From positions 64,001 through 128,000 of the forward strand of contig CBFHOE010000009.1 of assembly GCA_965657355.1 (NCBI GenBank): 64,000 bases of DNA, given 5' to 3'. Under the pieces are notes generated by a model. That model was not told where the DNA came from. It did no database searches and saw nothing but the letters and a program-made list of their open reading frames with translations. Numbering within the stretch: the stretch's first letter is position 1; every line of letters starts with the position of its first letter. Positions 10,901 through 20,498 of this stretch are shown piece by piece. Source of the DNA: Limisphaerales bacterium. GTDB taxonomy: Bacteria; Verrucomicrobiota; Verrucomicrobiia; Limisphaerales; JAJOIW01. The translations under genes and the position numbers were made by a program.

Positions 10901-11065
10901 CTGTTTTTGGCTACCGTGACACTCGAAGCAATTTTGAGACAATACAGGGCGGACATGCTTCTCAAAATACTCCAGTTTTTCCGGTTCATCAGCTGCCAAA
11001 GTCAAAGCGGACAAAACAGCCACCACTAGCAACCGAATCATGAGGATGTGCTCTTTGTTCGTCAT
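7970..11065 (-). CDS. Planctomycete cytochrome c + DUF1549 + DUF1553 (PSD1) protein
   Basis: N-terminal CFECHG, FGERWARHWMDLVRYAES, CARCHDHKFD, SGRLALA, VNRIWHHIFGRGIV, PTHPELLDHLA and C-terminal NEFIYLR. Confidence 0.95.
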   Translation of the reverse strand: MTNKEHILMIRLLVVAVLSALTLAADEPEKLEYFEKHVRPVLSQNCFECHGSQKQESGIRLDHINFINQVGDFGPILIPGKPEESNLYKAVAHKSEDLMMPYEKEKLQQYEIDALYQWITDGAVWPDEPLPSGASTKFDIKERINRLPWIWSKPTRYRLPGVKFSGWPTSEIDFFVIKKLEEAGLKPANQAAPEVWLRRVHFAITGLPPTPTEIQDFLKADPSVRKESVVDALLDSPHFGERWARHWMDLVRYAESRGHESDFSIANAWHYRDYLIRAFNNDVPYDVFLTEHLAGDLIQQPRLHPQTGANESVLATGWPFFGEEVHSPVDIRQDENDRTDNKVDVLSKTFLGLTVACARCHDHKFDAISQKDYYSLTGYILSSRFRQVRFESIEHNQNISNKLESLRNKTRVQLMTNLETFMNNLEKNPSDSPNKNGINAWEPQQGSKVVINFDDPRTEWFGTGLLFGRKAIPAGQVILPRSAQALSFRLAESGHAARDPFWNGLKLRSGNQADSGNLDAIGRSAGAIQSPTFTVSDGRIHILMQGEAKIYAGVDTHLMLAGPLHGKLIKVLKTNEKKWVVYNLSEYKGHRVHLEFGPVADKDLKVWAIVDGPVDQINFKSPSLDIFEIFGQLTSGKSISTSQAQALNRAINKFSALYQNAPNDWMKKNKEILNVYHKSRFQLQNQIQKESFTAISLSDGNGINEYVLGRGKYQRPKGIAKRGLPSAFGVQLDTPKNGSGRLALAEALVSRDNPLVSRVFVNRIWHHIFGRGIVSSVDNFGWLGERPTHPELLDHLAWTFMHEDQWSIKSMIRRLVLSETFAMSSQPNDERAESVDPKNQLLHRMPVRRLEAEVIRDSVLAVSGRLDSKVYGRPVPVHLTEFVVGRGRPGKSGPLDGEGRRSIYTSVRRNFLPTMMLAFDTPIPFSTVGRRNVTNVPAQLLAMMNDKFVYQQAEEWAKYVNGYFSASQIREKIEFIYLQAFARKPSSKELELALNTIRELSELHEVPQSDIKVWRDMCHTFFRLNEFIYLR

Positions 11066-11460
11066 AGCTTAATATTAAAACCATGTCAGAAAAATCTGAA
11101 ATTCACAAGGTTTGCATGCCACCAGTTTCCAGCAGTATCATCGAATTAGAAATTGAGGTAAAAAAATAACACTTTTATTTTAGAGAGGTATTTTCATCAA
11201 TCAGCGACTCCGACGAACGAACGCAGAATATATAGGCCATACCACTTGTCTGTGATATGAAATGGATATACTTAATGCGATTCAAAGGCTGTCAAAAATC
11301 CAATTAAAGTCGGGATCAAATTTCTCAATTTTTTAAATTATTAATCGAGAATCACAGGCATTGGTCAACGCCATATTCCATGCTCTTTTTGTCGAGAGGC
11401 CCGGGGGATAGAAATTCGACAAGAGGTTTCGGTAACGATCAGGACAAGATATAATCTTAT

Positions 11461-13893
11461 TTACTCAGGTTTATATCCCCGCCACATCCAAACCAAAGTG
11501 TCGGCAAGGGTATGTTCGAAAATTCTTTTGTCACAGTGCCTGGACGATTTCGAGTAGACAAAGCGGTAGTCATACCCTTTTGATTTTAAATCCGCGGCGG
11601 CTTGGAAATTCGCTTTCACCCAATTGTGGTATCCTGTAGTTCTCTTATACCCATTATCAAATTCAGAAACGTGAGTGAAAATTCTTAAAGGTTTCTTTTT
11701 TGTATTTTTTATAAGTTCTAACCCGTCATGGTATTCCCATGCTCCTAATGGAAATTGGTCTTCTTCTGGAGCGTCGTCATCTTGCTGATCCACAAAAGTT
11801 CCGGAGTAAGTAATGATTCTTCTAAATAAGTCTGGTCGAAACCACCCCATAGACAAAGCAGCGGCACCACCAGAGCTACACCCCATAGCTGCCCTTCCCC
11901 AAGGATTATTTGTGAACGAAATGTGAGGGTAATCATTTTTAATATCCGGATTGGAGAGAACGGCAGGTAATACTTCCCCATTAATAAAACGAGCTAACCG
12001 ATCAGACATGGTGTCGTATTCCAGCCCTCTCTGACTTCCCTTACTGTCATTGCCGCCGTTCTGGACGGATATGACGATAAATGGGGGCAATTTCCGAGCA
12101 GAGCTCTTTGAAATAGTTAAATTATCTAATGCATTTTTCACCAAACCTAACCCACCAGGTCCATCGTGCATGACCAGAATGGGAGCTTTGTCACCGTCTT
12201 TGTATTGATCTGGCACATAGACAAATATCTTCCTTTCTTTCCTGACTGGCTTCCTGTCTAAATCGAGTGTGACATCATCACCCCGAAAAATTTTGCTATC
12301 TGACAATTTCATAGAAAACTCATAACTTTTACCTTTCGGGTTTCCTCTGTCAGTCAAATCAGGGTCAATGGAATAATTTGGTCCTATAACAAAATCGCCA
12401 TTACCTTTTTTGCCTGGAGACTCCTTGTATGTATTTTTCTTGCGCTGTTTTCTCCTTTTAGTGGCTTCAGCCTGTTTTTGAGCGACATAAGCATACCCAA
12501 TGGCGGGATTGCTTCTTTGAACAAAGGCTTCGTGGGCATGATCATTGGAATCTCGCATGTATTGATCCATGGAATCTCGCATCTCACTTAATGTGCTTTG
12601 ATATCGAGATGTCCCCACTAGGTTATTTAAGCAATCCGGATCAGCAGAGATATCATAGAGTTCTTCGATTACTCGGTGATTGAAAAAATCCAGTCGTTTG
12701 GCTATTGCAGGATCAGTTTTTGCCATTGCTTTCATTGTTCGATAAGTTGCTGTTCCAGTCGTTGCAGTTTTAAAGACATTTTTTCCATCAGACCATGGAT
12801 TCCAGATGTAGAGATACCGACTAGTTTGAACAGCCCTCATCGGATGACGACGGCTTCCAGAATTCTCATTGTAAACCTTAAAAACACTTGTCTTATTATC
12901 TTGCTTCTTTCCTCTCACAGCATCGGCAAAACTAGAACCATCGAATTGATCTTGAGGCCGTGGAAGACCAAGTAAATCTAGAAAAGTAGGCACAAAGTCA
13001 ACTGCGGAAACAACATGAAGCCGATCAATTGTATTGGGGCGTGTCACCCCTGGAACTCGAATCATCAACGGGGTCCTTGTTGAATGATGCCATAACGCTG
13101 TTTTGGCAAATGGCAAAGGCATACCGTGATCCGATAAAAATACGACAATAGTTTCACGACTTAGCCCGGAGTCGTTGAGTGCTTTTAATACGTGCCCGAC
13201 CGCATCATCTGCACGCCTGACCGAAGTATAATAAAGTGCTAACTCTTCTCGTACTTCAGGGTGATCAAACAAAAAACCTGGTATGGTTACTTCTTCAGCA
13301 TGAAACACCCTCGATGACTTGTGTTTATCATTCTGCTTCCAAAAGGGTTTGTGAGGGTCTGAAATATTTATATTAAGGTAAAATGGCCTCCCCAACTCTT
13401 TTGCTTTTTGAATGCCTTTAGCTGTTGATATACCGTATGAAGCAGCATCTTTGATATGATATTTTTCACCATTTGCTCGTATGGTGAGATTACGATCCCA
13501 TGCAGGGTATGGGTTGTATGGAGTTGTGTGCGAAACCTTACCTCTGATTCCGGTATAGTATCCAGCTTTTACCAAGAGGTCCGCCAGCGTGGGGTAGCTA
13601 TTTCGAACATGGTAAAATCCTTCGGCCATGTTGTTGTGCGGATACAAACCGGAAAACATAACGTTGCGGCTGGGAAAACAATTGCCTACTTGAACATGAG
13701 CGTGCTCGAAGCGCAGGGCGGTCTGGGCGAACTTATCCATATGAGGAGTCGTATCTTTTAACTCTGCCCCATATATACCTACAGAATCACACGACATATC
13801 ATCTACAGTAATAATCAAAAGATTCGGAGTTTTTGAATAAACCACAAACACTTGTATGATCAGGATAATGCTAAGCAAAAAAGGATTTTTCAT
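11461..13893 (-). CDS. Sulfatase (N-sulfatase-like) fused to a C-terminal Fes-like alpha/beta-hydrolase esterase
   Basis: PNLLIITVDD, CFPSR, DPHKPF and SDHGMPLP mark the sulfatase. A basic linker is followed by IFVYVPDQY, LVMHDG, QRGLEYD and the nucleophile elbow GCSSGG. Confidence 0.88.
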   Translation of the reverse strand: MKNPFLLSIILIIQVFVVYSKTPNLLIITVDDMSCDSVGIYGAELKDTTPHMDKFAQTALRFEHAHVQVGNCFPSRNVMFSGLYPHNNMAEGFYHVRNSYPTLADLLVKAGYYTGIRGKVSHTTPYNPYPAWDRNLTIRANGEKYHIKDAASYGISTAKGIQKAKELGRPFYLNINISDPHKPFWKQNDKHKSSRVFHAEEVTIPGFLFDHPEVREELALYYTSVRRADDAVGHVLKALNDSGLSRETIVVFLSDHGMPLPFAKTALWHHSTRTPLMIRVPGVTRPNTIDRLHVVSAVDFVPTFLDLLGLPRPQDQFDGSSFADAVRGKKQDNKTSVFKVYNENSGSRRHPMRAVQTSRYLYIWNPWSDGKNVFKTATTGTATYRTMKAMAKTDPAIAKRLDFFNHRVIEELYDISADPDCLNNLVGTSRYQSTLSEMRDSMDQYMRDSNDHAHEAFVQRSNPAIGYAYVAQKQAEATKRRKQRKKNTYKESPGKKGNGDFVIGPNYSIDPDLTDRGNPKGKSYEFSMKLSDSKIFRGDDVTLDLDRKPVRKERKIFVYVPDQYKDGDKAPILVMHDGPGGLGLVKNALDNLTISKSSARKLPPFIVISVQNGGNDSKGSQRGLEYDTMSDRLARFINGEVLPAVLSNPDIKNDYPHISFTNNPWGRAAMGCSSGGAAALSMGWFRPDLFRRIITYSGTFVDQQDDDAPEEDQFPLGAWEYHDGLELIKNTKKKPLRIFTHVSEFDNGYKRTTGYHNWVKANFQAAADLKSKGYDYRFVYSKSSRHCDKRIFEHTLADTLVWMWRGYKPE

Positions 13894-14391
13894 GAAGTTC
13901 CCTCAAAATATCCACCTCCTGAAAAACAATCAACAAGTATTACGCATCGATAGTACACTAATGTTCGGATTAAGTGGGTGACACGTTGTTCATTACCGGT
14001 TTCAACTTCAACTCACAACAAAAGGAATCAAAACGTCTATAAAATTTGTTAAAATTTCTTCACATATTGGTTGGCTCCTGTACTCACTCCAATTAAAGTA
14101 ATAGTTGGATGTTATCTAAAGTAAAACTCTGCCTATTTAGGATGCCAATGCATAGTCTCAAACCGAAAACTAACTTAATGCAAGAAACAGGGTCCACTAA
14201 ATAAAAAAATAAGCCTCATTGGCAACTCGCAACTATGTGTGTTGGGCTTCGCCAAGGCCAAGAATGAAAGCCCTAAACCTTTTGAGTCTGTTCAAGGACA
14301 ATCCCTCTCGACGTAAAAACATTAAAAACTTGAAGCCAGTTTTACTTTTCATCTTAAATCAAAATCATTGAGCAAAATATTATTAAAAAGC

Positions 14392-17199
14392 ATGAATTAC
14401 ATCACATATGCCTTAGTCGTTATACTTTCTATAAATATTGGATCTGCTCAGAATAAAGATCTTAACATTGCCAAACCGTCCCAGCATCCGTACGTACATC
14501 CCGAGGGAAATCGGGAGCTTCATAGTTATGCTTTCGAAAAAGTCAATGAAGCTCGCGTCTATGATTTTTATTCTCGGCAAGCTGATTATTATTTAGAGCA
14601 AAAAAACATCCCGGAGATTTTACCCGCTTTTCCGGGCCTGGACGCCGGGCAACATGGTCATTGGGGAAAATACAATCAAAATAATCATAATGACGGTCGG
14701 TGGAATAATATAAAAAAGGGGACAGTCTTCGCTCAAGTCTTTCGTGATGAAAATTATACGATAGAGAAAGGTGTCAGTCTGGGATTTCCTGTTGGTGCCA
14801 AAAATTTCCTAAGCACTTGTTTTGACCCTGCGACAGGTACTTACTCGGTGGTCTGGCAAGATGGTTTCATAAACATTCATCCTTATCGGTGGGGTTCATC
14901 GAGAAATGCAAGTCCCAAAGGAGATATATGGTTTCAGGACAGAGGCAACTGGAACAAGAAAATCAAATACCACGGGTATTCCAGAAATGGTAAAAATGTC
15001 GTTTTTGATTACGAAATTGGTGAAGCTCGAATTCTTGATTTTCCATGCGCCGATCAGTCAGCAGGAGAGCCCATCTTTACTCGCACACTCGAATTTCAAT
15101 CGAATGCTTCAGGATTAAAAGTTTGGCTTGGCCCAACAGAACTTTCCATGGAATTAAAAATCAAAGGCCAATCCGATGCAAAAATAATAAAAGAGGACGA
15201 TTCTTTATACCTGGTTATAGAAAAAGCTAATAAAGGCGATGTCCTGCTTCTAGCTATGGCAAAGAAGGTAGCGAAAGGAATACTTTTATCAAAACTGAGT
15301 GATTACAAAACATTACCATCTGAGCTTGTCAAACCGAGCTCTCCGGTTTGGCCTGAATATATTCAAGTTAAGGGATCTTTAGGAAAGCTCAGAGAAAACG
15401 CTTCATACGTCGTCGACACAATACACCCTCCATTAGAAAATCCATACAAAACAGTAATGCAACTCACTGGGATAGACTTCCTGAGAAATGGAGATGCTTT
15501 AATCACTGTTCTTTGCGGTGAAGTTTGGAAGGTCTCAGGTCTTGATGGGGATCTTGATAATGTCACCTGGAAAAGATTTGCCACAGGCCTAAACCAGCCT
15601 ATTGGAATCCATATTGATAACGATGGAGTTTTTGTTCTCTGTCGTGATCAAATAACAAGATTACATGATCTTAATGGTGACGATGAAGCCGATCGTTATG
15701 AATGCTATACCAATGATTTTGGCGGGTATGACAGGAGTCACACCCATGTTTTTGGACTTCATAGAGCCAGCGATGGTTCCTTCTCATTTGTCAGGAGGGA
15801 GCAATTGGTAAGAACTTCTCCAGACCCTGAGAGAAAAACGACCGAAATCGCTTATGGGGTTAGGAATTGCATGGGCGTAGGAGGAGCTCCTGACGGACCA
15901 TTTCTCGTTGCTCCTCAAGAGGGAACATGGACACCAACATCTGCCATACTTGAGGTCACAAAAAATGCCTTTTTTGGACTTCCCGGAAATAGAAAAGATG
16001 ATGCAAGGTTTAGCCCTGCTTCTATTGCTGCACCGCTTTGCTTTGTTCCACGAGGAGTCGACAACTCTACTGGAGGCATGGTCTATGTTGATTCGGACAA
16101 ATGGGGGCCTTTCTCAGGAAGCTTTGTGGGACTCTCCTACGGATATGGCCAGCACTATCTCATTCTTCGAAATACGGAGGGATCCGCTCCTCAGGGCGGA
16201 ATTGTCCCGTTGGAAGGCGAGTTTGCCGCAGGTGTGATGAGAGGAGCTTTTCACCCAAGTGATGGACAACTCTACACTGTAGGCCTTGATGGGTGGGGAG
16301 ACTATTCAACTCAAGATGGTTGCTTCCACCGCGTCAGATACACTGGACGGCAAGTCTTTAAGCCAACAAATTTCTATTGTTACTCGAATGGTATAAGGAT
16401 TGATTTCCCTGTAGGTATCAACTCCGAAAACCTCAGCCTAGAAAACTTTTTTGTCCAACAATGGAATTACGAGTATTCGACTCAATATGGATCTCCAGAA
16501 TATTCAGTCAATGACCCGTCTTCACTTGGACATGATAGACTCAAAGTTACTAAAGCGATTGTATCGAAAGACGGCCGCTCGCTGTTCCTGGAGTTACCCG
16601 ATATTTTGCCGGTCATGCAACTTCATGTTCGTATGCATTTAAAATCAACTACGGGAAAAGTATTTTCCTCAGATTTGTTTACAACAGTGAAGGAACTTCG
16701 CAAAAAATGGGTTTCCCATGATGAATACGAAGATTCCCCATTACAAAATCTAGCTTTAAGAATCAAATGGTCAGGGCGGCAGCAGCCCATTACTGAAACC
16801 GGAAAAAGAAAAAAGAATGAAAGAAAAATCACCATCAATGCTATCTCAGGTCTGCAATATAAACAAAAACTCATAGAAGTAAAATCAGGTGAATCGCTTG
16901 CTCTGAATTTTATTAATTCAGACGCAATGCCCCACAATGTCGTCTTTGTAAAAAAGGGGTATGTAAAAAAAGTAGGTGAAGCTTCATTCAAAATGCTCAA
17001 TGATCCAAACGCAGCGAAAAAGCATTACGTTCCAAATATGTCTGAACTTGTAATTGCTAACACACACGTGATCAACCCGGGGAATACGCACATCCTCCAT
17101 TTCACGGCCCCCACTGAACCAGGCGACCACCATTTTGTTTGCACTTTCCCAGGCCACTGGATGACGATGCAAGGGGTCCTCAGGGTCCAGGAGAATTGA
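14392..17199 (+). CDS. Large exported protein: DUF6797-like N-terminus, sugar-dehydrogenase-like beta-propeller and C-terminal azurin/auracyanin-like cupredoxin
   Basis: Signal peptide, propeller motifs (WKRFATGLNQPIGI, LHDLNGDDEAD, PQEGTWTPTS) and type-1 Cu ligands MPHNVVF...CTFPGHWMTM. ATG at 14392. Confidence 0.8.
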   Translation: MNYITYALVVILSINIGSAQNKDLNIAKPSQHPYVHPEGNRELHSYAFEKVNEARVYDFYSRQADYYLEQKNIPEILPAFPGLDAGQHGHWGKYNQNNHNDGRWNNIKKGTVFAQVFRDENYTIEKGVSLGFPVGAKNFLSTCFDPATGTYSVVWQDGFINIHPYRWGSSRNASPKGDIWFQDRGNWNKKIKYHGYSRNGKNVVFDYEIGEARILDFPCADQSAGEPIFTRTLEFQSNASGLKVWLGPTELSMELKIKGQSDAKIIKEDDSLYLVIEKANKGDVLLLAMAKKVAKGILLSKLSDYKTLPSELVKPSSPVWPEYIQVKGSLGKLRENASYVVDTIHPPLENPYKTVMQLTGIDFLRNGDALITVLCGEVWKVSGLDGDLDNVTWKRFATGLNQPIGIHIDNDGVFVLCRDQITRLHDLNGDDEADRYECYTNDFGGYDRSHTHVFGLHRASDGSFSFVRREQLVRTSPDPERKTTEIAYGVRNCMGVGGAPDGPFLVAPQEGTWTPTSAILEVTKNAFFGLPGNRKDDARFSPASIAAPLCFVPRGVDNSTGGMVYVDSDKWGPFSGSFVGLSYGYGQHYLILRNTEGSAPQGGIVPLEGEFAAGVMRGAFHPSDGQLYTVGLDGWGDYSTQDGCFHRVRYTGRQVFKPTNFYCYSNGIRIDFPVGINSENLSLENFFVQQWNYEYSTQYGSPEYSVNDPSSLGHDRLKVTKAIVSKDGRSLFLELPDILPVMQLHVRMHLKSTTGKVFSSDLFTTVKELRKKWVSHDEYEDSPLQNLALRIKWSGRQQPITETGKRKKNERKITINAISGLQYKQKLIEVKSGESLALNFINSDAMPHNVVFVKKGYVKKVGEASFKMLNDPNAAKKHYVPNMSELVIANTHVINPGNTHILHFTAPTEPGDHHFVCTFPGHWMTMQGVLRVQEN

Positions 17200-17346
17200 C
17201 CGTTTAGTGATTTACAAAATTTAAGCTTGGCTCCCTATTTGTTACGATAGAAGAAACATCTATCTTATTAATCAGGTTAGGCAGCACTTAGTTTGATGTC
17301 TGTGGGGAAGCAATCGCATTTTTGCCATTCTCGAGCTCTCACCTTA

Positions 17347-20283
17347 TTACTTTCCGTATATTAATTCTCCTGAGGTCTTATTTCGCCAAACAAATAATTC
17401 AGGATTAAAATTAAAATGGCTTTTTGTCGGTTTGGGCATTACCCATTCGGATTTGATACAAGATTTCAAGGCTCTGATTTTGGTTTTCAAATATGGAGAT
17501 TTAGAGATGTTGTTCCATTCGTATGGATCGATGGATAAATCATAGAGCTCTTCTCCACCATCACTGTATTGGATGAAATGATAATCACCAACTCTTACAG
17601 AGGTGTTTTTATATTTGTATTCAATTAATACTGGCCGGGGAGACGCATTGGATAAGCCGCCCAATAATGGCTGCAGAGATTGCCCGTCCAAATTCGCAAT
17701 CTCATTCAAAGAGCAGGCCTCAATAAGCGTCGGGAAAATATCAATAAGACTGACAGGCATTTTGTAGACTGCTGGTTTTACATCAGGACCGGAAATAATA
17801 AATGGAACTCGAGTCGCTTCCTCCCAAAGCGTCGATTTATGCCAATGCCCTTTTTCACCTAAATGCCAGCCATGGTCAGACCAAAAAACTATTATCGTAT
17901 TATGAGCATAAGGACTCTGATTAAGGGCTTTCAGCAAACGGCCAATTTGTGCATCTGCAAAGCTGATACTCGCTAAATATGCCTGGACTGCTTCCTTATA
18001 TTTAGATTCTTTTTTTATAGTCAAAAAATCTTTTTGGCGAGCCCGCCCCCACTTTTTTCCTTGAACTGGAACATCATCAAGATCTTTTTCTAAAATTTTT
18101 GGGAGTTGGACCTCATCCAATGAGTATAAATCAAAATATTTTTGAGGAACATACCAGGGAAGATGTGGCCTAAATAAACCACATGCGAGAAAAAATGGAC
18201 TCCCGTGATTTTTGTTTAGAAAATTGATAGCAAAATCAACGCTTTTATTATCATCATACTCATCCTCACTGAGAGGGATGACACCCCAGTCATTTTCGTG
18301 TCCTAAACCATTTACCCCACTGTAAGGGAAGTCTTTAGGATTTGGAGAAACTTCGCTCCATGGATAATTTAGTTTCGATCCGCGAAACCAAGGATCATCT
18401 TTAAATCGATAAGGCAAGAATGCATCCCATTGGTTCGGAGGATGATTGCCTGCCGTATGATGAAATATCTTTCCAGCACCAGCAACTTGATATCCGTGAT
18501 TTCGAAAATGAGCAGGTATAGTCAAAACGCCTGGCAAATTGGGATACCACCAATGACCATTATCATAGATACCGGTTGAGGATGGCATAAGCCCCGTCAT
18601 TACGGCAGCGCGTGATGGAGCACATTTTGGCGAAGGGCAATAAGCCTTTTCAAATAAAACCCCTCTAGAGGCTAATGCATCTATATTTGGAGTATAAACT
18701 GTACCCTCGTATCCACCTAAGCACCCTACCCAATCCTTCATGTCATCAACGGCTAAAAAAAGTACATTGGGACGCGTCTTTTTATCTTTGAGATTATTCG
18801 GTGGTGGGAGACTACCTTTCCAATTATTTTTTAATAGTTTTCCATGTTCTTTAATCACATGTTTGAACTCATCAACGGCAGCTACATTAATTGTTTCATT
18901 GGGATCTGTTCTGTGGTCGTATAATTCTTGAGCCACTGTTTTTTTTGTTTTGTTTTCGCGCCATTCAACGTAGCGAAAAGACTGGGTGCGGACCGAATAC
19001 CCCATTATATCCCCCTTCCCTTTGTGTCGGGCATTTTTATATGCCCGAGGCCATTGGGTGAAAGCTGCTTTTTTCCATTCTTGTATAGGGTTAGAAAATA
19101 ATGGGATCATGCTAGTGCCCTCGCGGTCTGGGGACACTTCAATAGAACACAAACCAGCAAGTGTTGGATAAATATCAACTAATTCAACCAGAGCGGGTGA
19201 TGTGATGTTTTTGTAAGGCAAATCGTTATGTGAGATAATGAGCGGGACGCGCGCTGATAATTCATAATTATTGGCTTTTGTCCAAAGACCTTGCTCACCA
19301 AGGTGAAATCCATGATCACCGACGAGAACAATAATTGTATCATCCGTTAGGTGTAACCTTTCAAGCTCATTCAGGAGCTGCCCCACTTGTGCATCCATGT
19401 AGCTAACGCACGCATAATACCCGTGACGCAATTCTTTTACCTTTTCTATATTTAACTTCCCGTCATTGGGTATATCAGTGTATCCCTCAAGCTCTCGCCA
19501 AGAGCGTATAGCCAACTCAGGAGCTAAATCAGGATGAGAACCACTTCTGGGAAGAGGGATCTCTTCCCGATCATATAATTCCCAATATTTTTTAGGGGCA
19601 TTAAATGGTAGGTGTGGTTTTCGAAAACCGACTGCCAAGAAAAAATTTTTATCAGCGGCTTTATGCCTTCTTAAAAATGAAATAGCTGACTCACATACCA
19701 AACCATCGACATAACCTTTATCACCTGATTCTGTAAATTCTGAAGAGGGCCCTTTGAGGCCTTTGAGGGTTGAGAGGTTTTTTGGGTCGGCATATCGATA
19801 GTGGGGATCACGAGCAATATCTAAAATCGGTTCCAGACTCCACGATGGAGAATCTTTTGATCCCCTCCCGCCTCCATGATAAATTTTCCCAATAGATTGT
19901 GTGATATAATCATTTTGTTTGAAAAGCTGGGGCAAGGAAACGGCTTGTGGGTATTTATCTCTGAAGTGCCGCTTCAAATCCCATACCTCAATGGTATCAG
20001 GGCGCAAACCCGTTAACATTGAATGCCTAGACGCGTTACACACGGCCATCTGGCAATAAGCACGAGTAAAAATTACCCCTTCATTTGCCAGCCTATCTAT
20101 GTTTGGTGTTTGCGCTATGTTGTCCCCATAACACCCTAGGGATGGCCTCAAGTCATCAACAACAATAAAAAGTACATTTTTGGCATTGCCGTATGATTCT
20201 CCAAAACTCAGCCAATGAATTATGAATAAAACAATGAAGCCCAAAAATTGAGTTTGCAACCTTGAAATGTGGGATGAAATCAT
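17347..20283 (-). CDS. Tandem two-domain sulfatase (both domains iduronate-2-sulfatase/choline-sulfatase-like)
   Basis: Domain 1 has NVLFIVVDDLRP, CNASR, GKIYH, KPHLPF and GDHGFHLGE. Domain 2 has PNVLFLAVDD, CAPSR, GKIFH, RPHLPW and SDHGWHLGE. Confidence 0.93.
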   Translation of the reverse strand: MISSHISRLQTQFLGFIVLFIIHWLSFGESYGNAKNVLFIVVDDLRPSLGCYGDNIAQTPNIDRLANEGVIFTRAYCQMAVCNASRHSMLTGLRPDTIEVWDLKRHFRDKYPQAVSLPQLFKQNDYITQSIGKIYHGGGRGSKDSPSWSLEPILDIARDPHYRYADPKNLSTLKGLKGPSSEFTESGDKGYVDGLVCESAISFLRRHKAADKNFFLAVGFRKPHLPFNAPKKYWELYDREEIPLPRSGSHPDLAPELAIRSWRELEGYTDIPNDGKLNIEKVKELRHGYYACVSYMDAQVGQLLNELERLHLTDDTIIVLVGDHGFHLGEQGLWTKANNYELSARVPLIISHNDLPYKNITSPALVELVDIYPTLAGLCSIEVSPDREGTSMIPLFSNPIQEWKKAAFTQWPRAYKNARHKGKGDIMGYSVRTQSFRYVEWRENKTKKTVAQELYDHRTDPNETINVAAVDEFKHVIKEHGKLLKNNWKGSLPPPNNLKDKKTRPNVLFLAVDDMKDWVGCLGGYEGTVYTPNIDALASRGVLFEKAYCPSPKCAPSRAAVMTGLMPSSTGIYDNGHWWYPNLPGVLTIPAHFRNHGYQVAGAGKIFHHTAGNHPPNQWDAFLPYRFKDDPWFRGSKLNYPWSEVSPNPKDFPYSGVNGLGHENDWGVIPLSEDEYDDNKSVDFAINFLNKNHGSPFFLACGLFRPHLPWYVPQKYFDLYSLDEVQLPKILEKDLDDVPVQGKKWGRARQKDFLTIKKESKYKEAVQAYLASISFADAQIGRLLKALNQSPYAHNTIIVFWSDHGWHLGEKGHWHKSTLWEEATRVPFIISGPDVKPAVYKMPVSLIDIFPTLIEACSLNEIANLDGQSLQPLLGGLSNASPRPVLIEYKYKNTSVRVGDYHFIQYSDGGEELYDLSIDPYEWNNISKSPYLKTKIRALKSCIKSEWVMPKPTKSHFNFNPELFVWRNKTSGELIYGK

Positions 20284-20462
20284 TGAAGGGAAATATACCA
20301 AATTTATTCTTAGAGTCGATCCGGTATATTCCTACACAAAGCCTTAATCCGCCAAATATTTCTATAAAATAAGAGGTCAGCTCATTTTCTCATCGAGGTT
20401 AAAACGGGAAGAAAAATTAATAGAAGCAATAAATTATTTGTTTTCCCCGGAAGAGAATAATT

Positions 20463-20489
20463 AAAAAAAAAGGGCTGCGAACAGCCCTT
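20463..20489 (-). terminator. Rho-independent terminator of the 696-aa gene
   Basis: The minus strand reads AAGGGCTG-TTCG-CAGCCCTT then a T-run: a perfect 8-bp stem with a UUCG loop, 9 nt after the stop at 20499. Confidence 0.9.
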
Positions 20490-20498
20490 GGAAATTAT

